From Mustelus asterias (lineage: Eukaryota), in the NCBI RefSeq assembly GCF_964213995.1, contig NC_135830.1, forward strand, positions 15,996,001-16,060,000: DNA of 64,000 nt, given 5' to 3'. Each line of letters starts with the position of its first letter. Position 1 is the stretch's first letter. Below, piece after piece: positions 25,685 through 37,435 of this stretch. The notes beneath the pieces are model-generated. The model had not been told where the DNA came from and made no database searches. It saw only the letters and a list, made by a program, of their open reading frames with translations. Both the position numbers and the translations under genes were made by a program.

Positions 25685-26467
25685 TTCAGTGAGTTCAGGG
25701 GAATGCTCACAGAGGGAATGGAGCAGGGAGCGAGGATCCCTGGGATGATGTTCAGTGAGTTCAGGGGGATGGAGTCAGAGGGAATGGAGCAAGGAGTGAG
25801 GATCCCTGGGGGGATGGAGTCAGGGGGATGGAGCAGGGAGAGAGGGTCCCTGGGATGATGTTCAGGGGGATGGAGCAGGGAGGGAGGATCCCTGGGGTGA
25901 TGCTCAGTGAGTTCAGGGGGATGGAGTCAGAGGGAATGGAGCAGTGAGAGAGGGTCCCTGGGGTGATGCTCAGTGAGTTCAGGGGGATGGAGTCAGAGGG
26001 AATGGAGCAGGGAGAGAGGATCCCTGGGGTGATGCTCAGTGAGTTCAGGGGGATGGAGTCAGAGGGAATGGAGCAGGGAGGGAGGATCCCTGGGGTGATG
26101 TTCAGTGAGTTCAGGGGGATGGAGTCAGAGGGAATGGAGCAGGGAGGGAGGATCCCTGGGGTGATGTTCAGTGAGTTCAGGGGGATGGAGTCAGAGGGAA
26201 TGGAGCAGGGAGGGAGGATCCCTGGGGTGATGTTCAGTGAGTTCAGGGGGATGGAGTCAGGGGGATGGAGCGGGGGGAAGGGTCCCTGGGGTGATGCTCA
26301 GTGAGTTCAGGGGGATGGAGTCAGAGGGAATGGAGCAGGGAGACAGGAGCCCTGGGGTGATGCTCTGAGTTCAGGGGGATGGAGTCAGAGGGAATGGAGC
26401 AGGGAGGGAGGAGCCCTGGGGTGATGTTCAGTGAGTTCAGGGGGATGGAGTCAGAGGGAATGGAGCC
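25685..26467. repeat. 66-bp G-rich minisatellite (~11-12 copies)
   Basis: Unit GGGGTGATGTTCAGTGAGTTCAGGGGGATGGAGTCAGAGGGAATGGAGCAGGGAGGGAGGATCCCT, period 66 (26041 to 26107). Confidence 0.9.
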
Positions 26468-26789
26468 TATTGGGAACAATGAGTAATTGTAAAAGGAGTC
26501 AGAGTGTGAATTGGTACAAAGAGTAAAGCTTGAAGCAGAGAGTCAGTGTGTGTTCACCAGAAAGTGGAGCGTGTGCCTGTCTAACAGACGGGGGGGAGAG
26601 AGGATGAATGAGGATGAAGACCTTGCCAGCTTTGACAAAGGGTCATCTGGACTCGAAACGTCAGCTCTTTTCTCCCCTCACAGATGCTGCCAGACCTGCT
26701 GAGATTTTCCAGCCTTTTCTCTTTTGGTTTCAGATTCCAGCATCTGCAATAATTTGCTTTTATGTATGAAGACAGCTGGGAGAGGTGTT

Positions 26790-28010
26790 AAAAGTGTCCA
26801 TGAAGTGATCAGAATATGTGAATGGCAGAACAGTGGTACAGATGTTTAAGGCAGTTGTCCTGAATGTGGGTGGGTGGGGGGAGGGGGAGTGGTTAGGGGG
26901 TGGACAAGGCAGAAACAGTTGCCCTGAATGGGGGGTGGGGGTGGACAAGGCAGAAAGCAAGAATGGAGAACTGGAAACATGGAAGTGAGAAAGAAGGATG
27001 ATAAAATGGATGAATAAGACAAAAAGAAGAATCAGAATTAAATGAAATAAATGGAAATGGAGTGTAGGTGAAGGAGAGAGTTCACGCTGTGAATGTTGAA
27101 TTCAATGTTCAGTCCTGTAAATGTTCAGGCTGTAAAGTGTCCAATTGGAAGATGAGGTGCTGTTCCACCAGTTTGCATTAGGGTTCACTAGAACATTGCA
27201 AGGACCGACATGTGGACAGGAGAGTAGGGTGGTGTATTGAACTGACAGGAAGGTCTGGGTTTTGCTTGTGGATGGTGTTCAGCAAAACAGACAACCAGTC
27301 TGCATTTGGTCTCTCCAGTGTGGAGTCGACCACATTGGGAGCAGCGAATGCAATAGACCAGATTGAAGGAGATGTCTGAAACGCTGCTTCACCTGAAATG
27401 GTGTTTGGGACCTGGGACAGTGAGCAGGGAGGAGGTAAAAGGGTAGGTGTTGCACCTTCAACCATTGCATGGGAAGGCTCCATGGACAGGGGGTGAGATG
27501 GTGGGTGTGATGGAGGAATGGACCAGGGTGTCCCAGAGAGAACGGTCCTTGTGAGTTCTTGCTGAGGAGGGTGGAGGTGGCGGGGGGGGGGGGGGGGGGG
27601 GGTGGGGGGGGGGAGAAGGGGTGAGGGGAAGGTGTGATGAGTAGTGGCATCATGCTGGAGTTGGCAGAAATGGCAGAGGATGATCCTTTGAATGCGGAGG
27701 CTGGTGGGGTGAAAAGTGAGGACACGGGGAAGCCTATTCTGGTTCTGGGAGGGAGAGGAGGGGGTGACAGCAGTGGCTGGGGAATGGGTCGGTCATGGTC
27801 AAGTGTACTGTCAACCACAGTAGGTGAAAAACCACAATTGGCGAAAGAAAGACATGGGCAACACTATTTTGGAAAATGGCATTATCAGGACAGATGTGGC
27901 GGAGGTGAAGGAACTGAGAGAATGAGATGGAGTCCTTTCAGGATATGGGGTGTGAAGAACTGTAGTCAAGGTAGTTGTAGGTGTCAGTGTGCTTGTAATA
28001 GATACCAGTG
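26790..28010 (-). mobile_element. Degenerate Penelope-like element (GIY-YIG region and upstream part)
   Basis: 27000-27450 is paralogous to 810-1260 (SIWSIAFAAPNVVDSTLERPNA is the shifted frame of the VYCIRC..C.L.YIGETK motif). Confidence 0.7.
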
Positions 28011-28033
28011 ATATTATCACCAGAAATTGACAC

Positions 28034-28202
28034 AGTAAAGAGTCTCAGAACACCAGGTTAAAGTCCAACAGGTTTATTTGGTATCACGAGCTTTCGGGGC
28101 ACTGCTCCTTCATCAGGTGAGTCACTCAGACCTTAACCTGGTGTTGTGAGACTTCTTACTGTACCTACGCCAGTCCAACGCCGGCATCTCCACATCATGA
28201 CT
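28034..28202. mobile_element. Penelope-derived fold-back mini-element with an intact minimal hammerhead (minus strand ~28121-28084)
   Basis: Minus strand UCAC-CUGAUGA-A-GGAGC AGU GCCCC-GAAAGCUC-GUGA. Inverted arms and a flanking ACCAGAAAT duplication. Confidence 0.7.
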
Positions 28203-28585
28203 ACCAGAAATGGAGTCAGAAATGTCAAGGAGGGGGAAGAGAAGTCTCAGAGATGGACCATGTGAAGGTCCATCTCTGACAATTCACGAGCATGAACTCT
28301 CCCCTCCACCTTCACCCATTTCACCAATTTCCATTTATTTTAAAAGCAAAATATTGTTGATGCTGTAATCTGAAACAAAAACAGAAAATGCTGGAAAATC
28401 TCAGCAGATCTGACAGAATCTGTGGGGAGAGAATAGAGCCAATGTTTCAAGTCGAGATGACCCTTCGTCAGAGCTCTGTCACATCTGAAGTGACATGGGC
28501 TCTTAGTCTCGCCATGAAAACCAGCAGCAACAGAGCAAAATTGAACATTGCAGACAGGTCGATTGTAGGCCTGGCGCTGTTGGCA

Positions 28586-28650
28586 GTTTTTGTAATGTTG
28601 TGATTATCCCATTTGCCTAACACACGAAGGTTCAAAACTGGGCAGAAACA
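28586..28650 (+). pseudogene. Decayed tRNA-Val(AAC)
   Basis: GTTTTTGTAATGTTGTGATTATCCCATTTGCCT-AAC-ACACGAAGGTTCAAAACTGGGCAGAAACA aligns with the vertebrate tRNA-Val(AAC) sequence, with a deletion around the variable region. Confidence 0.7.
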
Positions 28651-29510
28651 TGAATGAAACTTTACCATTTAGGGTGAGGGAAATCTGCATGATTTCAGTT
28701 ATTTGCTGAACATTATCCAAATCTCGATGTTACAGACATATTGGCCAGTATTTTACAGCATCGCTCTGGTGAGGCTCATAAAATCCCACCCGAGGCCAAT
28801 GGTAAAATTCCAGCTATTATCTTTGCTCTGACCTCGGTACAAATGCTTTCAGGAAAATCATGAATGCGATATTTTAAAACGCAACAAGGAAATAAATGTT
28901 TGCATTTTGACACCGTGCACATATTAGCAATTTGTTCAGTCCACAACAGAATTTGTAGGTGTAGACTAACATAGTTAATTACCACCTGAAACATGTCTAA
29001 TAGTATTGCGTGCTCATAAAGACAGACTCAAAGGTGATACTGTAACTGAACTAGAGGAAATGACGCACATTGCGCAGAACAATCTTTTTTTAAAAATCGG
29101 TCTTCACAATAGAGAAATAGGAAAAACACTCGTCAGATGAGGAAATCGAGAATCAGTGCGGATCTGCTGGACTCTTCTGTAGACAAATGGGATTTAAGTG
29201 CCAGAATGTTTCACACCCAGAATAAAGAGGGATCAAGTATAACTAACTGATTATTTCTAACTCTCTTCCCATTAAAGATATTTGATTTTGTTTATAGACT
29301 GACCGTGGTCAATCTCAAATAAGCATCATGGGATGTGTGTTACCCAGTGACTCCATCTGTTTTGTTCGTCAGTCACATTTGCAATTCAATGTGATATAGT
29401 GCAGAGATATGCAATTCAGAATGAGGACATCTGTGTTCAATAAATGTATTGATATTAAATGTTGAATAATGAAACAAATACCGAGTAATATAGACTGAGA
29501 ATGATGAATT

Positions 29511-29790
29511 TGGCACCGTGATTAGCACTGCTGCTTCATGGTGTCAAGGACCCAGGTTTGATTCCAGCCTTGGGAAGGAAATCTGTGTGGTGTCTGCGCA
29601 TTGTCCCCATCTCTGTGTAGGTTTCCTAAAATGTGCAGGTTAGGTGGATTGGCCATGCTGAATTGCCCCTTGGTGTCATGGGATTAGCAGTGCAAATATA
29701 TAGGGTTATGGGGATAGGATCTGCTTGGGATTGTTGCGTGCAGACTCGATGGGCTGAATGGCCTCTTTCTGCACTTTAGCGATTCTATAA
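29511..29790 (+). mobile_element. HE1-like SINE (older)
   Basis: Degenerate head and a GATTCTAT tail. Confidence 0.75.
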
Positions 29791-30000
29791 TTGAGCAGAA
29801 ATCATTGCTCCCTAAGACATTTGCCAGATGGGCACTTTTAAATTTTGAAGTTCAATATAAGGTGAGACATCAGGTTGAAAGTAACAGTTGTCTTCTTGTA
29901 TTAAGTGGCATGGGCTCTCAGTCTAACCATTGGAACCTGCAGTAACATAGCAGAGTTGAACATTGCCGACAGACCGATTGGCTGCCCTGTGCTGTCAACA

Positions 30001-30071
30001 GCTTCTGTAGTGTAGTGGTTATCACGTTTACCTAACATGTGAAAGGTCCCCTCCAAAACCAGGCTGAAACT
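30001..30071 (+). pseudogene. Decayed tRNA-Val(AAC)
   Basis: GCTTCTGTAGTGTAGTGGTTATCACGTTTACCT-AAC-ATGTGAAAGGTCCCC...AAACCAGGCTGAAAC. The A box is intact and the T-arm/B box is disrupted. Confidence 0.8.
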
Positions 30072-30077
30072 GGTTTC

Positions 30078-30412
30078 AGGGCGGCACGGTAGCACAGTGG
30101 TTAGCACTGCTGCTTCACAGCTCCAGGGTCCCGGGTTCGATTCCAGGCTCGGGTCACTGTCTGTGTGGAGTTTGCACATTCTCCTCGTGTCTGCGTGGGT
30201 TTCCTCGGGTGCTCCAGTTTCCTCCCACAGTCCAAAGATGTGTGGATTAGGTTGATTGGCCAGGTTAAAAAAATTGCCCCTTAGATGTGTAGGTTAGAGG
30301 GGTTAGCGGGTAAAATATGTGCGGGTAGGGCCTGGGTGGGATTGTGGTCGGTGCAGACTCGATGGGCCGAATGGCCTCCTTCTGCACTGTAGGGTTTCTA
30401 TGATTTCTATGA
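30078..30412 (+). mobile_element. Young HE1-like SINE inserted at the 3' end of the tRNA-Val pseudogene
   Basis: GGGCGGCACGGTAGCACAGTGGTTAGCACTGCTGC head and a TTCTATGATTTCTATG tail. Confidence 0.9.
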
Positions 30413-31189
30413 AACTTGAATGGCAATGTTTCCCGTTCAGTTTGAAGGACGTTTGCAGAATTTCTTGCTGAATTCTATGTGAATCTGGTATCTTATAGGG
30501 TTATTTATTCGCTGGCTCTCTTGGCTCTATTCTCTCTCCACAGATGCTGTCACACCTGCTGGGATTTTCCAGCATTTCCTGTTTTTGTTTCAGATTCCAG
30601 CATCCGCAGTTTTTTGCTTTTATTTATTCACTCTGACTTGGGCCTCAAAATTCATTCAGGACGAAATACTGAATTCTCATGTGAAGAAATGGATGGCGTA
30701 TGGGAGGAAACTGGAGCACCCAGAGGAAACCCACACAGAACGTGCAAACTCCGCACAGACAGTGACGCAAGGATGGGAATCGATCCCAGGTTGTTGACGC
30801 TGTGAGGCAGCAATGCCAACGACTGTGCCACACTGACTTTAACCTGGTGTTGTGAGACTTCTTACCACACTGAAGGATCAGCCTGGTGGTAGCTTTACTC
30901 ATGATATCCAGTTGCATTAGAGACAGAATAGAAAGGAGATAAAATTAAAATACTGCGGATGTTGGAATTGTGAAATTTAAACTGAAAATGCTGGACTGGC
31001 AGCATCTATGGAGAAACCTATTACAATAGATATTTATGATTTTGATTGCTGATTGAGGAGGCAAGGTCCTTTAGGTTTTATTGACGTTTTATACTGTGTT
31101 ACACGTTTTTTGAGGCGAAAAAAGCGATGTAAATATCTCTAAGGTTAAGTGATGTCCATCTTTGTGCGGGGCAGACGTGCTCCGTTTGG

Positions 31190-31387
31190 ACAGAAGGTGA
31201 AATGTCGGAGCTGATGCGTCCCTAACAAAGATGGCTGCGATGTGGGGGCGGGGGCAATGGGCGGAGGAGGTTGGGACCGCACATGCGCATTGCTGCGGTT
31301 GTGGTTTGTTGACGGAAGCGCGCGGCTTCTTCTTCGGATCGGAATCAGATTTTAAAGGAGGAACGTTTAACTGTCGCTGGCGTTGCC
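31190..31387 (+). promoter_or_regulatory. CpG-island housekeeping-type promoter of the EMC4 copy
   Basis: YY1-like AAGATGGC (~31228), GC boxes, NRF1-like GCACATGCGCA (~31279) and an ETS CGGAAG site (~31313). Confidence 0.65.
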
Positions 31388-32592
31388 ATGGCGGCAGGGG
31401 CGGGGCTTGCCAACCGCGCGCGCTGGCACAAGTGGACCCTCGAGCTTAACCTGAGCGGCAGCAGCAGCTGCGGAGGCCGCGCGGGGAGCCGGGGGCTCGA
31501 GTAGGCGGCAAGCCGGGTCAGCCCGCCTCTCCCGAGGGGACGCCACCGCACACTGACCCGGGGATGTGGCACCAACCCAAAACTTCCCAACCCCGGGTTT
31601 TTCGCGCCTCTTTTACCCCTCACCGAGCTCCTGATCACAAAGCAGCCCCTCAAATCCCCCAGAAACCACTCAGACCCCACTTGGCATCTTTTCCCCAGGT
31701 CATGACCCTGAGATGCCCTTTTGGTTTCAGCCCCTCCACCTGATCAGGTGCCAACTGCGGTGGTGGTTGGAGGAACGATTGCTCGTTTCCAGGGCCGGGT
31801 GCTGAACTGGATCTCTCTCAATGTCCCGCAGTGTTTGTTTTCAAGATACAATTTGGTATATTAGGTGATTTGTCACTTTGTCCCTAAATGGAGGGTAAGT
31901 GGATTGGCACCCTGATTATCAATTGACACTAATCCACTTCTGCAGCCCTCCATTCCCGTGGCAGTTCAGTGGACACAATGGCAATGTGTGTCTGAGGTTT
32001 GCCCAAGCTTTAGTTCGTGCTGGCAGCATTGCCACCACGTTGGGGTCCTCAACAGAGAGACTCCCTCTTTAAAGAAGGTCTTGAAAGGGTGACCAATTTG
32101 TGTTTTCTGTTTCTCACAGGAGCCGTGATCAACAGTGTGGCCAGGGCCACTCCACGTGCCCAATCGCATATTCGGACAAACAGCTACCGGACATCTGCGT
32201 CCAAGAAACAGACTGGATCCTGGTCGAGAAAGTAAGTTAGATTTGAATGTGTCCTTGGTGGGTAACAGGCAATGCCTGGGTTTGTCCATGGTGGTGAAGT
32301 GCCTTGCTGAACCACAGCAGCCTGTTTGGTAAAGGGACTTATTGAGTTAATTGTTACTTCCAGGCCTGGGTATAAGATCAGCATATGGCCTCCCCTAACC
32401 GGCCCCCTTGACTGATACCCTGCTCGCTTTCTGTTTCAGCGCTGCTGGGACATCGCCTTGGGCCCATTGAAACAGCTGCCCATGAATCTGTTCATCATGT
32501 ACATGGCTGGCAACACCATCTCCATTCTCCCCATCATGATGTGTGCATGATGGCCTGGAGACCCATACAGGCACTGATGTCCATGTCTGCAA
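31388..32592 (+). pseudogene. EMC4: EMC4 (ER membrane protein complex subunit 4) partial duplicate: exon 1 31388-31467, exon 2 32120-32231, exon 3 32440-32592
   Basis: Translates MAAGAGLANRARWHKWTLELNLSG / ...[22 protein letters not shown] / [34 protein letters not shown], matching vertebrate EMC4. A 1-bp deletion at ~32542 gives TGA, the exon-1 donor reads CT instead of GT, and no C-terminal exons were seen downstream. Confidence 0.9.
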
Positions 32593-32719
32593 GTGAGTAT
32601 TGTATTGAATCTGTAGCTCAGAAACAGCTCTGAACCGGCATCACTTGAATGCAGCTTAGAACAGAGTGCTAAGAGTTGGGTAATTAAGGGACTTAGGGAA
32701 GGAAGGGAACGAGGTACCC

Positions 32720-33845
32720 TTTTGCTTTCTAATATTCTCAGCCTTTGGGAAGTGATCTTCCTCTTCTACAGGAGAAAGAGCGGCGAGCTATTTGCTGAGT
32801 ATCTGCAAAGTGACTCAAGTTTATTCTATGTCTAAGGATCAAAATCGTACAGCAACTGCTGGTAATCAAAATCGTATAGCAGCTGCTGGTAAGGTTAATA
32901 AAATATATAAAATCAAAAGTAAAATACATCATTGGATAAAATAATTAAATACTTTTTTCGCACACATTAAAGATGGGAGGACAGGTGATGCGTCACAGCT
33001 GCAACGTGTGGGAGCTCCTGGGTGTCAGTTTGATCCAGGGCAAACACATCTGCAGTAAGTGTTTGAAGTTCAAGCAGCTCAGGTTAGAGTTTATGAGCTG
33101 GAGGCTGAACTACAGACACTGCGATGCATCAGGGAGGGGGAACATTACCTGGATTCTTTACACCAGGAAGCAGTCACACCTCTTAGGACAGGACCTGCTG
33201 ATTTGGTCAGTGATCAGGGACAGGAGGATGACTGTGAGTGAGGCAGGTAAGGGGATTCAGGTGGCAGGAGCCTCAGCCTTCACAATTGTCCAACCGGATT
33301 GCAGTTTTTTCAGCTTGTTTGTGCTGCAGGGTGGATGAGCAAACTGACCTTGGCACCGTGGTACAGGAAGCCATTCAAGTTGGAGGAGAAAAAGGGAATG
33401 TGGGGGTAGTATGGGATGGTGTAGTCAGAGGGATTCACACTGTTCTCTGCAGCAAAGAGCATGAGTCCAGATGGCTGTGTTGCCTTGTGCCAGGGTTCAG
33501 GACATCTGCTCAGGGCTGAAGAGGAACTTACAGTATTGTGTCGGATCTGCAGCTCAAAAACAGCTGCACGGGGGAGGACCCAGTCATTGTGGTCCATGTA
33601 GGTACCAATGACACAGGCAGGACAAAGAAGGAGGTTTTACATGGCTAGTATGAGGACCTAGGTACCAAATTAAGAAGCAGGATCTCAAAGTTCATAATCT
33701 GGATAATTACCTTAACTACTTCCTAATTGTCTTAGGACAAATCAGATCAGAGAGATGAATGAGTGACTCAAAGATTGGTGTGGGAGGTGGGTTCTGGTTC
33801 ATGGGGCACTGACACCAGTACTGGGGAAAGCATTTTAAAACTAAA
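32720..33845 (+). mobile_element. Degenerate CR1 5' region/ORF1 (Cys-rich motif plus SGNH esterase)
   Basis: HSCNVWELL..HICSKCL and VVWDGVVRGIHTVLC are paralogous to ORF1 at 52532-53460. Confidence 0.75.
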
Positions 33846-33894
33846 TAGTAGACAGGGAAACAAATTTGGGGCAAGGAATCAAAGATTTATAGAA

Positions 33895-34935
33895 ATGACT
33901 GGATGAAGGGCTGGTTGGCAAATTTGCCGATGACACAAAGATAGGTGGGAAAGTAAGTTGTGACGAGGACATACGGAGGGTTCAAAAAGACAGAAAGGTT
34001 AAGTGAGTGGGAAAATATCTGGTAAATGGAGTAGAATGTGGGCAAATGTGAAATTGTCCATTTCGGCAGGAAGAATGAAAAAGAAGCATTTTGTCTAAAC
34101 GGTGAGAGATTGCAGAGCTCAGAGATTCAGAGGGATCTGGGTGTTCTAGTACATAAATCACAAAAGGCTAATATGCAGGTAAATCAGTAATTAGGAACAC
34201 TAATAGAATGTTATCATTCATTGTGAAGGGAATTAAATACAGAACTAGGGAGGTTATGCTTCAGTTGTACAGGTCACTAGTGAGGCCACATCTGGAGTAC
34301 TGTGTACAGTATTGGTCACCTTGTTTAAGGAAGGGTGTAAGTGTGCTGGGGACAGTTCAGAGAAGTTTACCAGACCAATACCTGAAATGATGTGGTGATG
34401 CCGGCGTTGGACTGGGGTGGGCACAGTAAGAAGTCTCACAACACCAGGTTAAAGTCCAACAGGTTTATTTGGAATTTGGAATCCTTCCGCACCTGAGGAA
34501 GGAGCAGCGCTCCAAAAGCTCATAATTCCAAATAAACCTATTGGACTTTAACCTGGTGTTGTGAGACTTCTTACAATGCCTGAAATTGATGGGTTGTGTT
34601 ACGAGGCAAGGTTGGACAGCTAGGAGTGTATCCGCTGGAGTTCAGAAGAGTAAATGGCGACTTGTTCCTGCAAGGCCTTGACAGGATGGAGGTAGAGAGG
34701 ATGTTTCCTCTTGTGGGATAATCTAGAACTAGGGGTCACCGTTTTAAAAAATAAAGCGTCACCCATTTAAAGTAGAGATGAGGAGAATTTTTCTCCAAGT
34801 GTCGTGAGTCTTTGGAACTCTCTCCCTGAAAAGGTGGTGGAAGAAGAGTGTTTGAATATTTTAAGCAAAGGTGGATAGATTCTTGGTAAGAAAGGAGGTG
34901 AAAGGTTATTGGAGGTCAGCAGGATGAAGATTTGA
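33895..34935 (+). mobile_element. Degenerate CR1 RT 3' portion
   Basis: Encodes KFADDTK and LVRPHLEYCVQYWSP with stops. Confidence 0.8.
34389..34573. mobile_element. Penelope-derived fold-back mini-element with hammerhead remnant, 13-bp TSD
   Basis: TSD CAATACCTGAAAT (34376-34388) / CAATGCCTGAAAT (34574-34586). ~45-bp inverted arms. Contains CAC-CTGAGGA-A-GGAGCAGCGCTCC-AAAAGCTC. Confidence 0.75.
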
Positions 34936-35584
34936 GGTTACGATCAGGTCAGAGAGTAAAGACCAATTCTGCTCAATCGCTCCTCATTGCACAGTCCTGT
35001 CATCCCAGGAAGCAGTCTGGTGAACGTTTGTTACTCGTCCTCTGGGGCAATTCTCTGGGTAAGGAGACCCAAACTCTGCAGTGTTCCACATGTGGTTTCA
35101 CCAAAACTGGATACAATTTCAGAAAGATTTCCTCACTCGGAAACTGTATCCCTGGGGAATAAAGACTAACAGACCATCTGCATCTCTCCTTAGGGATGCT
35201 GCCAGACCTGCTGAGATTTTCCAGCATTTTCTCTTTTGGTTCCTCATTCAAACAGACGCAGTAATTTGCTTTTATTTGGTTAGAAGTGGGGGATTTACAC
35301 ACAGAAAATTCAAATCAAGGAACGGTTTGTCTCTTCTGAATTTATGTCCTGGTTTAACGGTGATGATCTTTGTGGGAACTCTATTTACAGGATACAGCAA
35401 TTGGAAATTGAACATGGAAAATGTTTTGGGACTGCACAGTGGTTAGCACTGCTGCCACAGAGCGCCATAGACCCGGGTTCGATTCCAGCCGCGGGCGATT
35501 GTCTGTGTGGAGTTTGCACGTTCTCCGTGTCTGCATGGATTTCTTCCCGTGGTCCAAAGATGTGCAGGTTAGGTGGATTAGTCA

Positions 35585-36060
35585 GTACCTGCTCAAAAGA
35601 TAATCCCAGAAACTACAGGTCAGTCAGTTCAATGCTAGTGATGGGGAAGATTCCTGAAACAATAATTCAGGACATATTTAGTAGTCACCTGAGTAAATGT
35701 GGATGAAGAAGGACAGTGTTCAGAGGAAATGGTGTTTATCGAACCTGCTGAAATATTTTGATGAGGTCACAGATACCGTTGTTGAGGATAATGCTGTTAA
35801 TGTGGTGAACATGGACTTCCAAAAAGCATCAGATAAATTGCCGCACAGCAGACATCGGAGCACAGATATGACTCGTGGAATAAAAGGGACAGCAGCAGCA
35901 TTGACACAAAATTGTCTGGGGGACAGGAAACACACAAAATACTGGTTAATGGATGTTTGGGAGTTCCTCAGGAGCGGGTGTTAACACCCAGCTCTTCCTA
36001 ATGTATACAAATGACCCAGACCTTGGTGTTCAGGGACAGTTTAGAAATTTGTGGACAGAA
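35585..36060 (+). mobile_element. Old CR1 RT fragment
   Basis: Encodes NYRSVS and MDFQKASDKLPH. Confidence 0.7.
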
Positions 36061-36386
36061 TCTGTGTCGACCCAGACTGGGTGGCAGGTTTCCTTCCCGA
36101 AGGACATTAGTGAACCAGTTGGGTTTTTATGAGAATCCACCAGTTTTAATGGTCACTTTTCCCTGGAGCCGGCCCCGCAAATGACCAGATTCATTCAGCT
36201 CAATTTCACAAACTGCCTTTCTGTTTTTGTGGGTTCTCTCTCACTCCATCTTTTTCTGTTTTGAAACAGTTACACAGCATTTTAGAAGAGGAGGATTTGC
36301 AGTCGGGAAACTGAAACGAAACATCACATCACAATCTGGTGGAGTTTTCCAATGTATCATAACCTAAATATCATTTGATTTTGAAC

Positions 36387-37435
36387 ATGGAAGGAACAAG
36401 CACCGTTCACAGCGGGGAGAAACCGTACACGTGCTCTCTGTGTATGGACGAGGCTTCAGCCAATCATCTGACCTGTTAAAACACAAATGCAGTCAATCCA
36501 GGAAGAAACCATGGAAATGCAGGGATTGTGGGAAGGGATTCAAATCCCCGTCTGGCCTGGAATGTCATTGGCTCAGTCACACTGGGGAGAGACCGTTCAC
36601 CTGCTTCGAATGTGGGAAGGGATTCACTCGTCAATCCTACCTTCTGATACATCAGCGACTTCACACTGGGGAAAGGCCGTTCACCTGTTCTGTGTGTGGG
36701 AAGGGATTCATTCAGTCATCCACCCTGTTGAATCACCAGCGAGTTCACACTGAGGAGAGACCATTTAAATGCTCAGACTGTGAGAAGTGTTACAAATGTT
36801 CTGGGGAACTGATGCGCCATCAACGTGTTCACAGCAATGAGAGGCCATTCACCTGTTCCTTGTGTGGGAAAGGATTTACTCAGCAATACAAACTGCAGAC
36901 ACACCAGCGAGTTCACACTGATGAGAGACCTTTTACATGTCCAGACTGTGGAAAACGCTTTAAAAGTTCCCAGGACTTGATGCAGCATCAACCTGTTCAC
37001 ACTGATGAGAGACCGTTCAGATGCTCTCACTGTGGGTCTGCATTCAAGCGATCGTCTCACCTGACTGTGCACCAGCAAATTCACACTGGGGAGAGGCTGT
37101 TCACCTGCCCTGACTGTGGAAAGGGATTTACTCAGTCATCCGTCCTTCTGACACACCAGTGTGTTCAAACTGGGGGGAGACCATTCATCTGCTCTGAGTG
37201 TGGGAAGGGATTCCCTTCCTCATCCAAACTTCTGATGCACCAGCACGTTCACACTGGGGAGAGACCGTTCACCTGCTCTGTGTGTGGGAAGGGTTTCACT
37301 CAGTCATCGAACCTACTGACACACCAGCGAGTTCACACAGGGGAGAGGCCATTCACATGTGCTGAATGTGGGAAGGGATTTGCTTATTTTTCTGTACTGA
37401 TGAGACACCAACAAGCTCACAAACAATTACAATGA
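36387..37435 (+). pseudogene. Tandem C2H2 zinc-finger gene with a frameshift in finger 1 (11 downstream fingers in one open frame, two with substituted His-region residues)
   Basis: The ATG at 36387 ([16 protein letters not shown]) goes out of frame with the finger array by an indel at ~36433-36445. ORF 36431-37435 is otherwise open. The acceptor is at 36277. Confidence 0.8.

Noticed and set aside
25963-26304. Repetitive 113-aa ORF (MFSEFRGMESEGMEQGGRIPGV)n
   Set aside because: By-product of a 66-bp minisatellite; neighbouring units have indels and stops.
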